Of a stretch of 64,000 nucleotides of DNA, positions 25,288-38,353 are shown piece by piece; positions within the stretch are counted from its first letter, which is position 1, and each line of letters starts with the position of its first letter. The DNA lies in the NCBI RefSeq assembly GCF_008831285.2, contig NC_045138.2:5704001-5768000 (forward strand). The letters are read 5' to 3'. The notes beneath the pieces were generated by a model. The model did no database searches and had not been told where the DNA came from. It saw only the letters and a list, made by a program, of their open reading frames with translations. Source of the stretch: Nymphaea colorata. Taxonomy: Eukaryota. The position numbers and the translations under genes were made by a program.

Positions 25288-27030
25288 GTGTATATTCATC
25301 TCTTTTTAAAATCTTTCATTTAGTGATCTTTAAAATCTCTTTCTTCCTCACTTTCTTTCTATAAGAGTATTTCATCTTTTCTAATCTTTTGAATATTTTT
25401 CTCGAAAGTATGTAAGGTTTCAACTTTTCAATTGCCAACTTCACTAAGACAAAAACTCAAGTAATGACTCAATATTGGAATTATGTTTGATGGTCTACAA
25501 CCCATTTTATTTTCAAAAACTTTTCTCTTTTCATAAAAAATACTTTTGACAATTATAAGAATGAGAAACTTTAATGTATGTGATGGTAAGAATGCTTTAG
25601 ATGAATGTTATGGTAGGAATGAATGATTTTCTTCTAATCATGTAGGATCAATGCATCTATATATTTATATTTACTTGACATCACGAATCATCACAAGCAC
25701 ATCTCTAAAAGAACTTAAGTAAGATGAGATAGAGTTATAGTTAGGTTAGAGAAAAATCTCAAACCTACTTAAATTCTTAAGAGAACAACAAATTAACTTC
25801 AAAATGTGATCTTCAAATGTTTACAAAAAATATTTGTAAACATTTCTCAATTTAAGGTTTCCCAAATCAAAGTGTTTTATACTCTCAAATGATTCTTCAA
25901 AACTTTCTTACCAAATCCTCAACATTTTCTCAAATATTACATCGTATTTAGAATAAAAAGATGTTTATGCCAAAATGAAATACATCAAGAATAAACATAG
26001 CTCTTGGATTGATTACTTCGGGAAAAAGCGCTGAGAATGGTCAATCCTCGTACTGATGGGCGAGTTCTTTTCTCTCTCATTTTAAATAAAACCCCATTTT
26101 TCTAAAGCACTCCAAAAGCCAAAATTTTTCAGAGATGCGAACAAGCACCTTGATTGATAGGCAATGGAAACTCACAAAAAGGTCACTTGTTATAGCTTGA
26201 AATAAGAAGTGCAACAACCTATATATTTGCAAGCATCGCTTTCAATAAATGTAATGGATATGATAAAAAAAATGAAAAATTCATTGAATTGTAGTATAAG
26301 AAACAGTCATACGAGTAAGAATGGTCTTAATTGTTTGATTTAAAAGAATATATTGCTTAGGGTGACGAAAAAGAAAAGTTAGAAAGATATATTTATTGTT
26401 GGATTAGGATAGAAATGAGACTTTCATTTAAAAATCATCAATCTTAAAAACAAATAAGCATTTGAGAGTGATCACTCTGAGATATATGGTGCATTAAAGG
26501 TGAGTACACATGGTGGTGCACTTTATTTTGTCAATTTCATTGTTAATCTTTTAAAAAAGTTGTGGGTCTTATGTTTTGAAGAGAAAAGACAAAGTGTTTG
26601 GTGCTATCAAACAATTTCCTGTTCTTGTTGAGAGATAAGTAGAAAGAAAGTTAAACTACAAACATAATGATAGTGGAGGCATATGTATTTGAGTCTCTTT
26701 CATGCATATTAGAGGATGCATTACCTAAGGCATTAAAAGCCTCTTCACAAGACTTCTTAGTTGAATGATATACATGAGAAGATGAATAGAGCTCTCATTG
26801 AGTCAACTATTTAGCTAAAAATAATTAGCATATTGTTATGGATGGTAGAGACATTCCAAGTTTAATTTGTTTTAGATATTCTATTGCTAGGGCTTGAAGG
26901 CTTCCGTTCTTGGTTGTTGTACATCATTTTAAAAATTTTCTTGAGTGCATTAATTGTGATTTGTGTGGACCGAAAACAATATAGTCCATATAACATTGTA
27001 AATATTATGTTGTTTCATTGATGAGGCTAC
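21920..27030 (+). mobile_element. Heavily decayed Ty1/copia internal region, split by a solo LTR; boundaries approximate
   Basis: ...CCCAACA then tRNA-Met PBS TGGTATCAAAGC (21924-21935); protease remnant WVIDS at ~22733; NLI..., resuming after 26148 as QWKLTKRSLVIA; integrase remnants at 26460-26800. Confidence 0.7.
22983..26143 (+). mobile_element. Solo LTR of an Ogre-related family (~3160 bp)
   Basis: Starts TATTATCTTCCCAAA (decayed TGTAATCACCCCAAA) and ends GATGCGAACA. Perfect 5-bp TSD AGCAC at 22978-22982 and 26144-26148. 3' half resembles the reverse complement of 7543-9300. Confidence 0.88.
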
Positions 27031-27799
27031 ACTATTTTTATAGCATTTTAAATATAATATAGGAAAACATAGAAAAGTGTGAGCAATCTATCACTTGTGA
27101 AGAACCTTGATTTTGGATATGATTAGTGCTCAAGTAGAGTACAAGGTAAATAATGAATAAAAGGATGTTTGTTTTGAAAAGAGAGAGACTCAATATAAGT
27201 GAATGAATGAGTTAAAACCATGCGTCCAATGATTGAAAATAGAATACATTAAAGTAAAGCGAAGGTTATTAATCAACTTGGAATAAATGATGACCCAACG
27301 TGGGTAGAAAGACATAATATGGGTGTTGATGTTAGAAAATTATCAGGCTAAGTATAAAGGAGGATCATAAAAAAATGCACGAATTGAGTTAGGAAAAGTT
27401 GGCAATTGAACAAAAATATGAGTATAATATTCATGATTAAGAAGTTGGATTGAAGATATATTGGAGAGATTGACAAGACAAGATAAAATGTAAATTTTGA
27501 AATGGTTCCAAAAAAAAAAAATTTGGACTTGCCAAATGATAGAACTTGAAGAGACAGTTAATCAATGTAACTTAGGTAGTAGGGTTAGAGCATGAGTTTA
27601 TGACATGCTGATGTTGAAGATTACATAAAAATGATCAAAGAACATTCCAATTTAAGTGAAAAGGTAATGGTAAATATAAAGACTTGAAACATAAAAAAAA
27701 AAAGAGAGAAAGAAAACAAATGGAAATAAAAAATTATTCAAAGGGTAGATTAAATTGATCAATGATGATAAGGTAGACATGCACACATTCATCATACAA

Positions 27800-30700
27800 T
27801 GATATACATATCTAACAATTCCTAAAGTTAAATGCATATTTCGAAAAAGGAATATGAGGCCCTAATTGAATTTAGTTTGATCAGTTGTGATTGCTTCAGA
27901 TAAGATATGCCAATATACCTTAGCCAAGAGACTTAATACAAGCATAGATTCTTCCATTAAACAATTAAAGATAGGGTTTCTCATTTTTTTTTGGTCATCC
28001 ATCAATATACCACAAACACTACTCATGGTACTAATGAGGGTAGCGCTCAATGTGTGGTCTAGTTGTAAGGTATAGTCTTGTGTTACTGCCTAAGTTTATC
28101 TTGACAAGATGATGACCAAAATAAATAAGTGGTGAAAATTTTAAAATATGAGTAATCATGCAAAATTAATGATGTCTAATGCAGCATTGCCTAAAATGGT
28201 GATTAAAATAAAAAGAGAAAAAATAATTTTTTCAATCAAACCTTAAATTGAAGATGTTTTTTGAATTTTAAGATAAAGTACATGGTTAAGCACCTCAATT
28301 AGTCCTAAATGTAACAAGAAAATAAAAATCAAATCAACTAACCATGCTTAAAGTTAAATTGAATGCCAATTGGATCCAGGCCTTGAAGATAGGTGCATGA
28401 TTAGTTTTGGCATTAAAGATAACATTTAGAATTTGAAATGTGCAAATAAAAAAGCTAGTTAGATGATGGTGCCTTGAAGATAGGTGCATGATTAGTGTTG
28501 GCATTAAGATAACATTTAGAATTTGAAATGTGCAAATAAAAAAGCTGGTTAGATGATGGTGGGTTCCATCACGGTTGTCATATGTTTACATTCCAGAATT
28601 ATTTTTAGTTTTTAGAGTGATTCAAAAAAATAAGGTTTTGTTTGAAAAGATAGAAAAAAAGATTCGCCAACATTACGCGGTCCAGTGGTTCCAAATGCCT
28701 TTATTGGGGCTAACCCGACCAAGAACTAGCCTTTTACTTTGCACATTTTGATATTTAAAATGTTATCATAAATCATATATGCATTTTCGCTCAAGTCTAA
28801 GTAAAATTTTAAAATATTGAGACAAATTTTGGAATGATTAAAATATAGTTTGCTTTGGAAAATAGTGTCTTCAAGTCTAAAACTACGGTCTTAAGGGTTA
28901 ATGAATCCCGAATAATTAGCAACTCAAAAGAATTTAGATTGAAATTCTTTGAATAGTCAAATAGTATAGAGATCAATTGTTCAAAAGAGACGCTTTGAAG
29001 ATCATTTGAGTTGAATATTGTCATTATAACTCAAATAAAAAATAACTTATATTTGAAAATAGTTTTGAAAATGAAAATTTCCAACTTGTTTGAGAAAGTA
29101 TGATTAGAAACACATTTGTAAATTGCTTGTTTTGCAAAAATTGTTTCAACTTGTCATGCTTTGAGAAAAAAAACTTTTCAAATTTTGTTTGAAAAATAAG
29201 ATATTAAAATAAAGGGATGATGACCATAGTTCTTGCTCATCATAGAGCTTAACAAAGATTGACTTTATAATATGACAAATATTTGAAAATCAAGGTAATA
29301 TGTTGGAAAGGATGAAGGTTTGATATTTAAGACAAAGAATACCATAATTTGTAAGAATTTTTACCTTGAATCTTATGTGAGTTTCAAGACTTTGCCTTAA
29401 TTTGATTATCACTTCATTATGATTTGATCTTGTCTTAAGGGTCTCATAAATATGTTTGTGAGCATTCAAGATTCTCATTTGTGTATGCATGATTACATAA
29501 ATTATATAAGTTTAAGAAAAAAATTAAACTATTCATACCATATCTTATATACATAGGGCAATGAAAAAAAATTATTGAAAATTGATAAAAGTAAGATCTC
29601 ATCTAACGAGTCACTCAATGTTGTATATAAAATACAGGTAGGTCAAGAGAATGCTAGAAATAGATGAATGCTTGAAAAATATTCAAGATGAATTTGCAAT
29701 TTGAAAAATAAAAAATGACATGCTAAATGCAAATTAATATGTACATCATCCGTGTTTGGTGTCTCTAAGTTGGACATGTTTCAGCCTCAAAATAATGAAA
29801 ATAACTCACCTCAAATCCTCCCATCGTCATGCACATCCACAAAAAATCAAGCCATTGAAATAGAGAATTAATAGATAAAGAATGGAAAAGATAGATGTAC
29901 GATGGGAGAGTGAGAGTAGATAGAGAAGGATTAAAAAAGAAAGAGAAAATGAAAATAAGAAAATAGAAATAAAGATGAGAGAGAGATAAATGAAAGAATT
30001 AAAAGGAGAGCTAAACGAAAAGAGAAATAAAAAGAGAGAAATATATATGTTAAAAACATAAGTTAAAACGATAAGAAAGTTTAAGAATGAGATCAATAAA
30101 CATCAAAATGAAAAAAAAAAAGAGAGTAACAAATGAGAGAAAAAAAAAAGTTAAAATGAAAGAGAGAAAAATTAAAATGAGAGAAAAATAAGTTTAAAAG
30201 ATATAAACTAGCTAAAATAAATGGAGAGACCTTTAAAAATAAAGGGAACAAGATCTTAATCAAAGTAGAGAATGAAGAAAATGTTTGTCTTTGATCCAAA
30301 AAGACTATAGACCTTCATCGGCTCGCTATGAAGAAGAGACAAGAAATGGATAGAAAGAGTAATTATAAATACCTTTAAAAACGACATTTGGTGTAGAGGT
30401 GGCTCTTTAACTCTTTCAGGCAGGAAGATTTCTTGATGGTGGCTTGGACGGGTTGGAGATACTCCTCAAGAGTATGTCACAAGCTCCTCTAAAGTCCCCT
30501 CTTGTTGGAATTGAAAGTTTTAGATTGATGATTAACAGAGCCAAGCTATAACAATTGCGGAAGAAGAGAAAGAGAGGGAGAAGAAAATTAGAAGATGAGA
30601 GAGATAGCTCAATGGCATGACAGGTTATTGATTGATCATAAATGAGAAAAATGAAGTGGTATTTATAGGTGAGGAATGCTCAAGGGCATTGTGATCTTTT

Positions 30701-32182
30701 TCTAAAATGAAATTAGTTATTATTAGTTTAAAAATAGCTTAAAAACACCAAGAGAGTCAAATATGTCTAAAAATGGGTTGATTGGAGGGTTGACCCTATT
30801 AGGGGGTAGGCTGCCCCCCAAACGTTTGCCCAGCCACAGGCCAATAATGGGCTGCTCTGGCTGGCCGTAGGCTGGGTCTGGCCGGCTGCAGGCCTAGCCT
30901 GGTCGGGCAAGGCGTAGGCCAAGCCGAGATTGGCTGGTCAGAGGCCTGCCTAGCCATGCCAAGGCCGAGATTGGCCAGGCCAAGGCCGTGCTTGGCTGCG
31001 CCAAGTACCGGCAAATCAGGCCTGGTCAACCTGCCGCATCAGCTGTGGGCCCATGAAGGGTGTTTTGGGTATTTTGACAATAAATAAGGGTATTTTTGAA
31101 AAAGAAGGGACATTTCAAGAAATTCAAATGTATTTTTAGGAAATCAATGGCATTTTGGAAATTTTAATGATATTTTCAGAAAAACAAGGGCGTTTTAAGA
31201 AATGTGAACTAGGTATTTATAAAATTATCGTAATGCCTTGATGCTTGAGCTCGCGAAGGGTCTATGACTTGGATTTGGATCTGAAACTAGATCCAACTGC
31301 CAAGATGAGTCAAACTAAGAATTTTTAAGCAAGAAATTGACACATGAATAGATTTGGATCTTGAATATGGGTTTACACCTAAAAATGGATCTAAGTCTCA
31401 AATTTGGATTTAGATCTAGATCAAAAGATTCGAATGAATCTAAAATAATATATTTGTATTTGAATCTCAAATTTGGATCTGAATCTCAAATTTATATTTG
31501 GATTGAGGTACAAACAAGGAATTGAATCTATATCAAAAAATCAGAACGGAACAAGGATATGGATATAGATTTTGTGTATTGGCTTTGGATCGGATCTGAA
31601 TTGGATCAAAGGCACAAATCAAGATAAAATGAGTCCAGAATTGAGATTTAGATCTACGTCTGGACCTAAAATTTTGTTTTAGATATGGTTTTAGAATTTG
31701 GATTTGGATATGGATCTAAGGATCTGTTTTGGATCTTAGAGCTGTAATTTGGATATGAATCTAGATCTTGGGATCTTTTTTAGATGTAGAGCTACAATTT
31801 AGATCTAGATCTGAATCTAGGGATTTGTTTTTAATCTAAAGATGAGATTTGGATTCAAAATTGGATATATGGCTCTGTTTTGGACATGGATCTGAGATTT
31901 GGATCCAGATTTGGATTTAGGGCTCCGCATTAGACTCTTGTATGACTTTTTGGACTGGGTACCAGTTTGAAAAAATAAGTTTAGATTGAGATTGGCCATT
32001 GTGTACAAAGTTTGAAATTATATCCAAATAAATCCCAAATATAGTTGATAGTCAAACGAAATAAAAGAATGATCATTATTGAAGTGTTTGAAGCCGAATA
32101 TCCTTGAAATTAGTTGTAAATTTATCAGAAGATGTTCGAAAAATGCTAAATATAGGCTTTTGAAAAATTTGGGGTGATTACT
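27800..32182 (-). mobile_element. Truncated Ogre-related element: 5' LTR (28583-32182), degenerate PBS and 5' UTR; left boundary uncertain
   Basis: AAAAATTTGGGGTGATTAC at 32163-32181 matches 11113-11131; TGTTTACA plus PBS remnant at ~28565-28590; 27850-28210 aligns by eye with 6905-7270. Confidence 0.8.
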
Positions 32183-32429
32183 TAATCGAAGAGAGAGAGC
32201 TTGTCTGAGAGTGGAGATGGTTGTCTTCCCTCATCGAAGATTAGAAGCTTAGATGGACTTCAGCAGACATACTTTTAGGAGCCAGAGAGGCTATTTTTAG
32301 TAGGGGTCACACAGAAATGAGCATCTATGTGAGGTGTGTGGCTTGCCCTGGTAATGCATATGCATCATATGAAAGCGCATGAGCTGCATGCTTCATGCAC
32401 TGAGGCATGTGCCTAAAATAATAGTGGTT

Positions 32430-33000
32430 TGAGGACTTCCAAAATATACTTTCTTTGAGTAAGAGAAAACTTATTGTTTTGGTAAACAACATGTATGCCC
32501 ATAGAATAACGAAGAAGACCAAGATATTGAATGAAAAAATCATCCCCTATACTCAATAACATGCTTCACATCTTTGTCATTGTTCCCTATAGTCAAAATA
32601 TCATGTACATATTTAATTTTATTGTCTTCTGTAACAAATAATAATGGGACAATCTTGGACTCTTGGAAATTCAAAACCACAAGATACTCACTTAGGCGTT
32701 CAAACTTAGCCATGGATTTCTTTTTCGAAACATAAAATGCCATGTTTAATTAGTTTGCCAAAAGAACATGCATGCTCTTGATTTTTAAATATTGATAGTT
32801 GAATCATGTATATCTGTTCCTTCAAATACCCTTGGAGGAACACATTATTCACATTCAATAGGTGTATCTTTCAATCCAATTTGGTGGTAATGGTGAGGAC
32901 CAAATGTATGGTTGTAGGCTTAACTATGGAAGAGGATGTTTCTCCACAGTCAATTCCCTCCTATCATTTGTAGTTGTTGACAACCAAACCTTGTTTTATA
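32430..33000 (-). mobile_element. Decayed copia RT fragment
   Basis: KYVHDILTIGNND (YVDD-like) and LGLLRYSMGIHV...LTQRKYILEVLK on the - strand. Confidence 0.65.
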
Positions 33001-33263
33001 TCTGACAATGTATCTTTCATGTGTTCATCGTTGTTCTTGGTGAGGATTGTCTACCCAAATGTGGACTCCAATCCCTTCCAACAATGGCAACATCATGATG
33101 AGCTTTCTTAATAATTGATTATTCATTATGTGTCAACTTGGTTGAAGCTAAGTGTAACCCGGTCATAACATCCACTCGTTCAACTTGGATGAAATTTAAC
33201 TGATGTTGGCATGCTGCCAACTGCTCCATGCTTTCACTAGTCGACTCAATGGTGTGTCCTAAT

Positions 33264-33546
33264 TAACGCTGGGCACAGGGTCGGGCCATTGGCGGGTATG
33301 TGGCTCGACTTCGGCCTGGGCCCAGGCCTAAAAAAATGGCACCGGGCCGGCCTAATAATTTATCAGGTCCGCTTGGTTGGACCCGATAATTTGTTTTTTA
33401 ATATTTATTTTATTATTTATATATATATATTATTCTATTATAATTACTTACATTTATATATTATTTTATATTAAAATATATATTTTTTAGTTTAATCGGG
33501 TTGAGCTTAGGCTCAAGTTTTAATTGTCGGGCTGGGGCCGGGCTTA
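33264..33546. mobile_element. hAT-type MITE (GGGCC-rich subtermini, AT-rich core)
   Basis: 8-bp TSD GTCCTAAT / GTCCTAGT; TA...TA termini. Confidence 0.7.
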
Positions 33547-34401
33547 GTCCTAGTCATCCTACAAACTTGTTTGATGAAAAATTTAATTTGCAGGTAGTTT
33601 TTTCAACATATTTAAGTTGCGGTCACTTTGTTGAAAATACCTCGGAGAAATATGCATGTTATGTGCTCCAAACCTTGTTATGTGCTCCAAACCTATATGA
33701 AATGTTAGATCAAGTCCTCATTAATTCCTGCCCCACTAAAACGTGTTGACTTGTTGCAGATTAATCTTTCACCACAGCAAGACCGTAAATGAGGAGGGAA
33801 TGTTTTCATCAAATAGCATGAACTTGTAGTCAGAAAATAATGTATGGCAACAAGGGATCTTAGGTCACTTAGTGAGAGGACTAGACTTAGGACTTTCAAA
33901 GAAACCAAAGACAATTAATTGTTTGGGGATGCGCCTTCTACTATGAATTGATAAACAAATTTAACTTTATTTTGCTCAGGGCAGAAAAAAAAAAGCATCA
34001 TTAGACCCTCGGATATATGCAGATCAAACTTAGGTGAAATGTAGACCTTTTCCAAACTTAATTTTATTGGATCTATGTATAATATGATAGCTAACTTTTC
34101 GTATGTAATGGAGTCAGATATATTTTTTGGGATCTCAATCGAATATTGGAGTTGTTCATATTTGGTTAAAACTCCACACTAAATCCAAATTAAAAATTGA
34201 TCAATAAGTGGAATATGAATTATTTTGCCTAATCCTGCTACATACAGTACATAAAATGGGATATAAATGGCTATACAACCTTAACCATTATTTTACATTC
34301 TACTGACAAAAATATGTTTCCAATGCAAACCTATGGAAAGGAAAGGCCTCCCAAACCTTTATTCCGCAAAAAATTGGGTTGTATAGAAAAGGGGCAAAAA
34401 C

Positions 34402-34596
34402 TATGTCTGGGCAATGGGCCCGATAGGTCGGCCCGGCGGCAGCTCAGCCCGGCTCGTTTACATTAAAAATTTATTTTTTTTATTTTTAAATACATTTTAT
34501 ATTTTAAAAAATTATTTTATAATTAAAAATTAAATTTTAATTTTAAATGAGCCGGGCTGGGCCAGGCTCATCGGCCTGGCTCGATGCCCACCCTTA
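34402..34596. mobile_element. hAT-type MITE (GGGCC family)
   Basis: Perfect 8-bp TSD GCAAAAAC; TGGGCA / TGCCCA within the TIRs. Confidence 0.8.
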
Positions 34597-35294
34597 GCAA
34601 AAACGCCAACTATATACACAAAATTACCAGGAAAAGATAATCCTCAGCCAATTGCAACTCTAAACAGCTCTAAACATTGGAATAAGCAAAAATTCACCAT
34701 GTTTGCAAGGCTTTCATCTTCAGCAATAACAAGGAAAGGACTTAGGGAGTCAATGATGGTGAATTCAGATCTACTAGAAGTGGACTTGCAGTCAGATAAA
34801 AAGGAGCTAGAGTAACAGCAAGAATTATAGAAATAAGGCTGCTTCGTCTTATCCTCAGGACCTCTCGCAGAGTTAAAGTGTGGAAAATGTTTTTATAGTT
34901 TGGTATATTAAAATGTGATGAAAATATACCAAACTAAGCAAATGGCTATGATGAAGTATTAATTTTTACTATCATGTAAAAAGCAAGGACATTATTAAAG
35001 CATTTATAATCCATTTTCGGCCTCAAGTATGCCCAGGATATATTTGTGGCATATTCGTCTTCATCTAATTATATTGAACAATAAAAACTAAAGTCCTTTT
35101 TTTTTTTTGCAAGTAGTCAACCAATGTGCATATTTCACCGTTTTTCGTAGTCTATGTCGTTTTCTCCTCAAATGGTTACTGCAATTCATAGTTATGAATG
35201 GTACATTTCCGAGGCCACCAATTATCTTTGTAACGTAATTTTAAAGCATAGGTATAATTTACCTATTGCACAATGTGAAGTTGTCACTTATGAT

Positions 35295-35555
35295 TAAGCT
35301 TGGACATGAGGTCGGCCTGGCCCGATAAGTGTTGTGCCTGGGCTGGCCCAACACTCGAAAATTGAGTCGAGGCCTGGCTCAACCTGACACTTGATTAAAA
35401 ATTTAAATACAAAATATAAAAAATTAAATATAAAAATTATTTTGTATAATAAAATATATATCATTATTAAATAAAATAATATAAAAATTAAATCGGGCGA
35501 ACCCGGTTTATTTTTTCAGCCGCGGGCCCAGGCCTGGGCCTGATGCCCGGGCTTA
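35295..35555. mobile_element. hAT-type MITE (GGGCC family)
   Basis: TSD CTTATGAT / GTTATGAT; TAAGC...GCTTA termini. Confidence 0.72.
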
Positions 35556-35671
35556 GTTATGATCAGGGGCGGAGAGATGGGGGGCCCGCCTAGGCCATGG
35601 CCCTACCCAACGGATGGGAAAAAATTATATTTGAAAAATCAAAATTTTTTAGTTTGGTCCAACCCTCCGCT

Positions 35672-35780
35672 CGTCTTGGCCCGACCCGCCGATCATCTTC
35701 GCCTGACCCACCGATCGTCTTGGCCCAACCCGTCGATCGTCTTCGCCTGACCCGCCGATCGTCTTCGCCCAACCCGCCGC
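35672..35780. repeat. 22-bp GC-rich minisatellite, 5 copies
   Basis: CGTCTT(C/G)GCC(C/T)(G/A)ACCCGCCGAT units. Confidence 0.85.
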
Positions 35781-38353
35781 GCTCCTTGCACTCCGGATTT
35801 TCCATCTGTCTTATTTCTGCCAAGTACAAACCTCTGCACCTTTCCTGTATGTTTCTTTTACCATTTCCAGTTTCCTGCTTTTCATTTTCATCTGTATGCT
35901 TCCTACGGAAGGCTTGACGTAATTATTTTGCTCCACAATTGATCATTATTTGCTGAAAATCAATTCAGGTCACTGCCAATTCTCATATTATTAGTAGGAA
36001 TGCGGTGAGAAATTGTTCTAATTAGCCATTGCATTTTTTGGCTACCACTGCGGACTCGAAGCGGCTGCTTTTGGTTGCTCTTATGTGGCTTTGGCTTCAT
36101 TCAATTTTTGTATAACAATTCCTTGTCAATCTAATGGGACTTGTAAATGATCTTGGCTCTACTCTCAAGTTCACAGTTTTTGTTAATTAAATTTGCATTC
36201 TATGAGCAGAATCTTAAAAAATGACAAGAAGAATTCAGTATAAAATTTCGATTGACATTAATTATGCCTTGCTTCCTGCTTTGACTTGAAAATGAGTTGT
36301 TTACTCATTTGTGCTTTAGATGTCTCTCCTGTTCCACCTCCCTAGCTTGCCATTTGAAACTTGACTCTTCCACCTTTCACTCTGTCCTTTCTCTCTCTTC
36401 CTCAGCAAGAAACAGATGATCGCCATCCCGAACAACAGTTATGATATCGCAATTTGTACAGTTATTATCTTATTCTGTCAACACTTGATTTGTCTGGAAC
36501 TACACACTTACGTCACTATAATAGAAATAGAACACTTTATCTACTAAGAACAGATCGCGCTTTGTGCTAATGACACAAGCAATTATTACATGTGTCGTAC
36601 GACAGGTCGCGCTTCATGTCATGACGTGGCCAATTTTATACGACATATGTTATCTTCGTTGGTGGAGCTTTATTATGTTGATTCTGGAAATCAGATCCGC
36701 AAATTGATCAGTTCTGAGTGAATGAAGATAGTGGTTGCTGGTTGTTAATAATATATGAGGGTACGTCTCTTGTTGCAGAGTTCTACTACTTTACATTTGG
36801 TGGTTGCACCATTTCTGCTATAATATATAGATTAGTTTGTTAAGTGCTTGTGATCTATGGCTGAAGTTAAGACACGAAGAGGGCTTCAAGCCATAGCAGA
36901 ATATAAGGCATTTGCAATCCCCTTCTCACATGATTTGTCTGTTAAACTAGATGATATCAATTTTGAAAAATGGTCATGCATTTTTATGATGTCGTAGTTA
37001 GACATAGAAAACAACATTATTTCCAAATAAGAGCCAAATTAAAAGTAGGAGAATATGCTACACTATGTCACATAGGTGCGGGGTGGAAGTACTGGTGCCA
37101 GTGCGGCATGCGGCATGTTCCAAAAAAAATTGGGTGCGGGTACGGTGAGAGCATACACACACACACACACACATATATATATGTTATTTATTATATAAGT
37201 AATTTTATTTGTATATTTTTAAAACTATTTTTATCAAGGTTACCTTAAATCAGTATATGAGGGGGGGCGAATTAATGTTCCTAAATTTTGACAAAGGACG
37301 AAATATCATTTTTCAAAAATTTTGTATAGGACAAATGAAATTTTTAAAATTTACATTTAAATTTAAAAAAAATAGAAGGGGGACAATGCCCTTGCAGGCC
37401 CCCATGCATGTTATACATATTTAGATTTTTATGGCAAAGGGTATTTATCTCTTGACGGTAGGCACACGGCCCTGGTGCCCTGATGGTGGCCTGGTGAGGG
37501 CATGTGTGTATAGGAATCTGGCTAAGGCGGCCGGGCCATGTCTTCTGTCTCCTGAATGGCAAGGCAGTTTTTTTTTTAATTGACAATAAACTTGTTAGGT
37601 TAATAAAGAATTAGTTTTTAATTGAGAATAAACTTGTTGGGTTAATAAAGAATTAAGCCTGCCATGTTTATTTCAATCAAACATCGAAACTTTGATGGAG
37701 CATTGTACACTTAATAGCCCTTTTGTTGCTTGGTTGTGAAGCTTCTAAAAGGAAAGGAAAATGGACAGGAAAAGAAAAAAAAGGAGGAAATCTTGTAAGA
37801 TACCTTTTCTACATTTCTTAGTAACTAACAATTAAATTTATTAAACAAGATACTTGTAAAAGACCTCAAAAATCAATTAACTAAATTTATATTTAAAATG
37901 TTGTCTAAAAAGACAAAATAAATTGCCATTACAGAGCAAACCTCCGCTAGTTTAGTAAGGTTATGTGCTCATTTATGCATGCGCAGCTTACATACAGAGT
38001 AAAAGAAGAAGGAAGATGTTTTTTGTAACTTTTTAAAAATTCATGTCTTTTGTAGTTATTTCACTTTTTTTTAATTTTTATCTAACCAAAAATTTGTCTT
38101 CTTTATGAAAAATGGGTACTTTTGTTATTAACCATATTAATTCACAAAATTTCATGCACAAGCATGACACATATAACCAGCTTTGCCGCTAATTAGGCAA
38201 CCACAATTAGCCCTCATAAGGGAAGTAATATATTGTGACGCTGGAGAACTTTGCGTCACTATTTGCTGCTAGAATATCCACTTTCCGTGTAGTCCTACAA
38301 AATGGATGTTTAGTCACAAGTAGTGTCGAAATGTCGTCGCGCCAGAGAATGTC

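Noticed and set aside
28381..28561. ~91-bp tandem duplication next to the PBS; similar small duplications at ~49828-49931, ~52850-52936 and ~60903-60977
   Set aside because: Real but ordinary local duplications with no sign of function.
34693..34876. ~60-codon open stretch on the - strand ending in a donor-like G|GTGAAT
   Set aside because: No recognisable protein, no clear acceptor or partner exons; could be chance.
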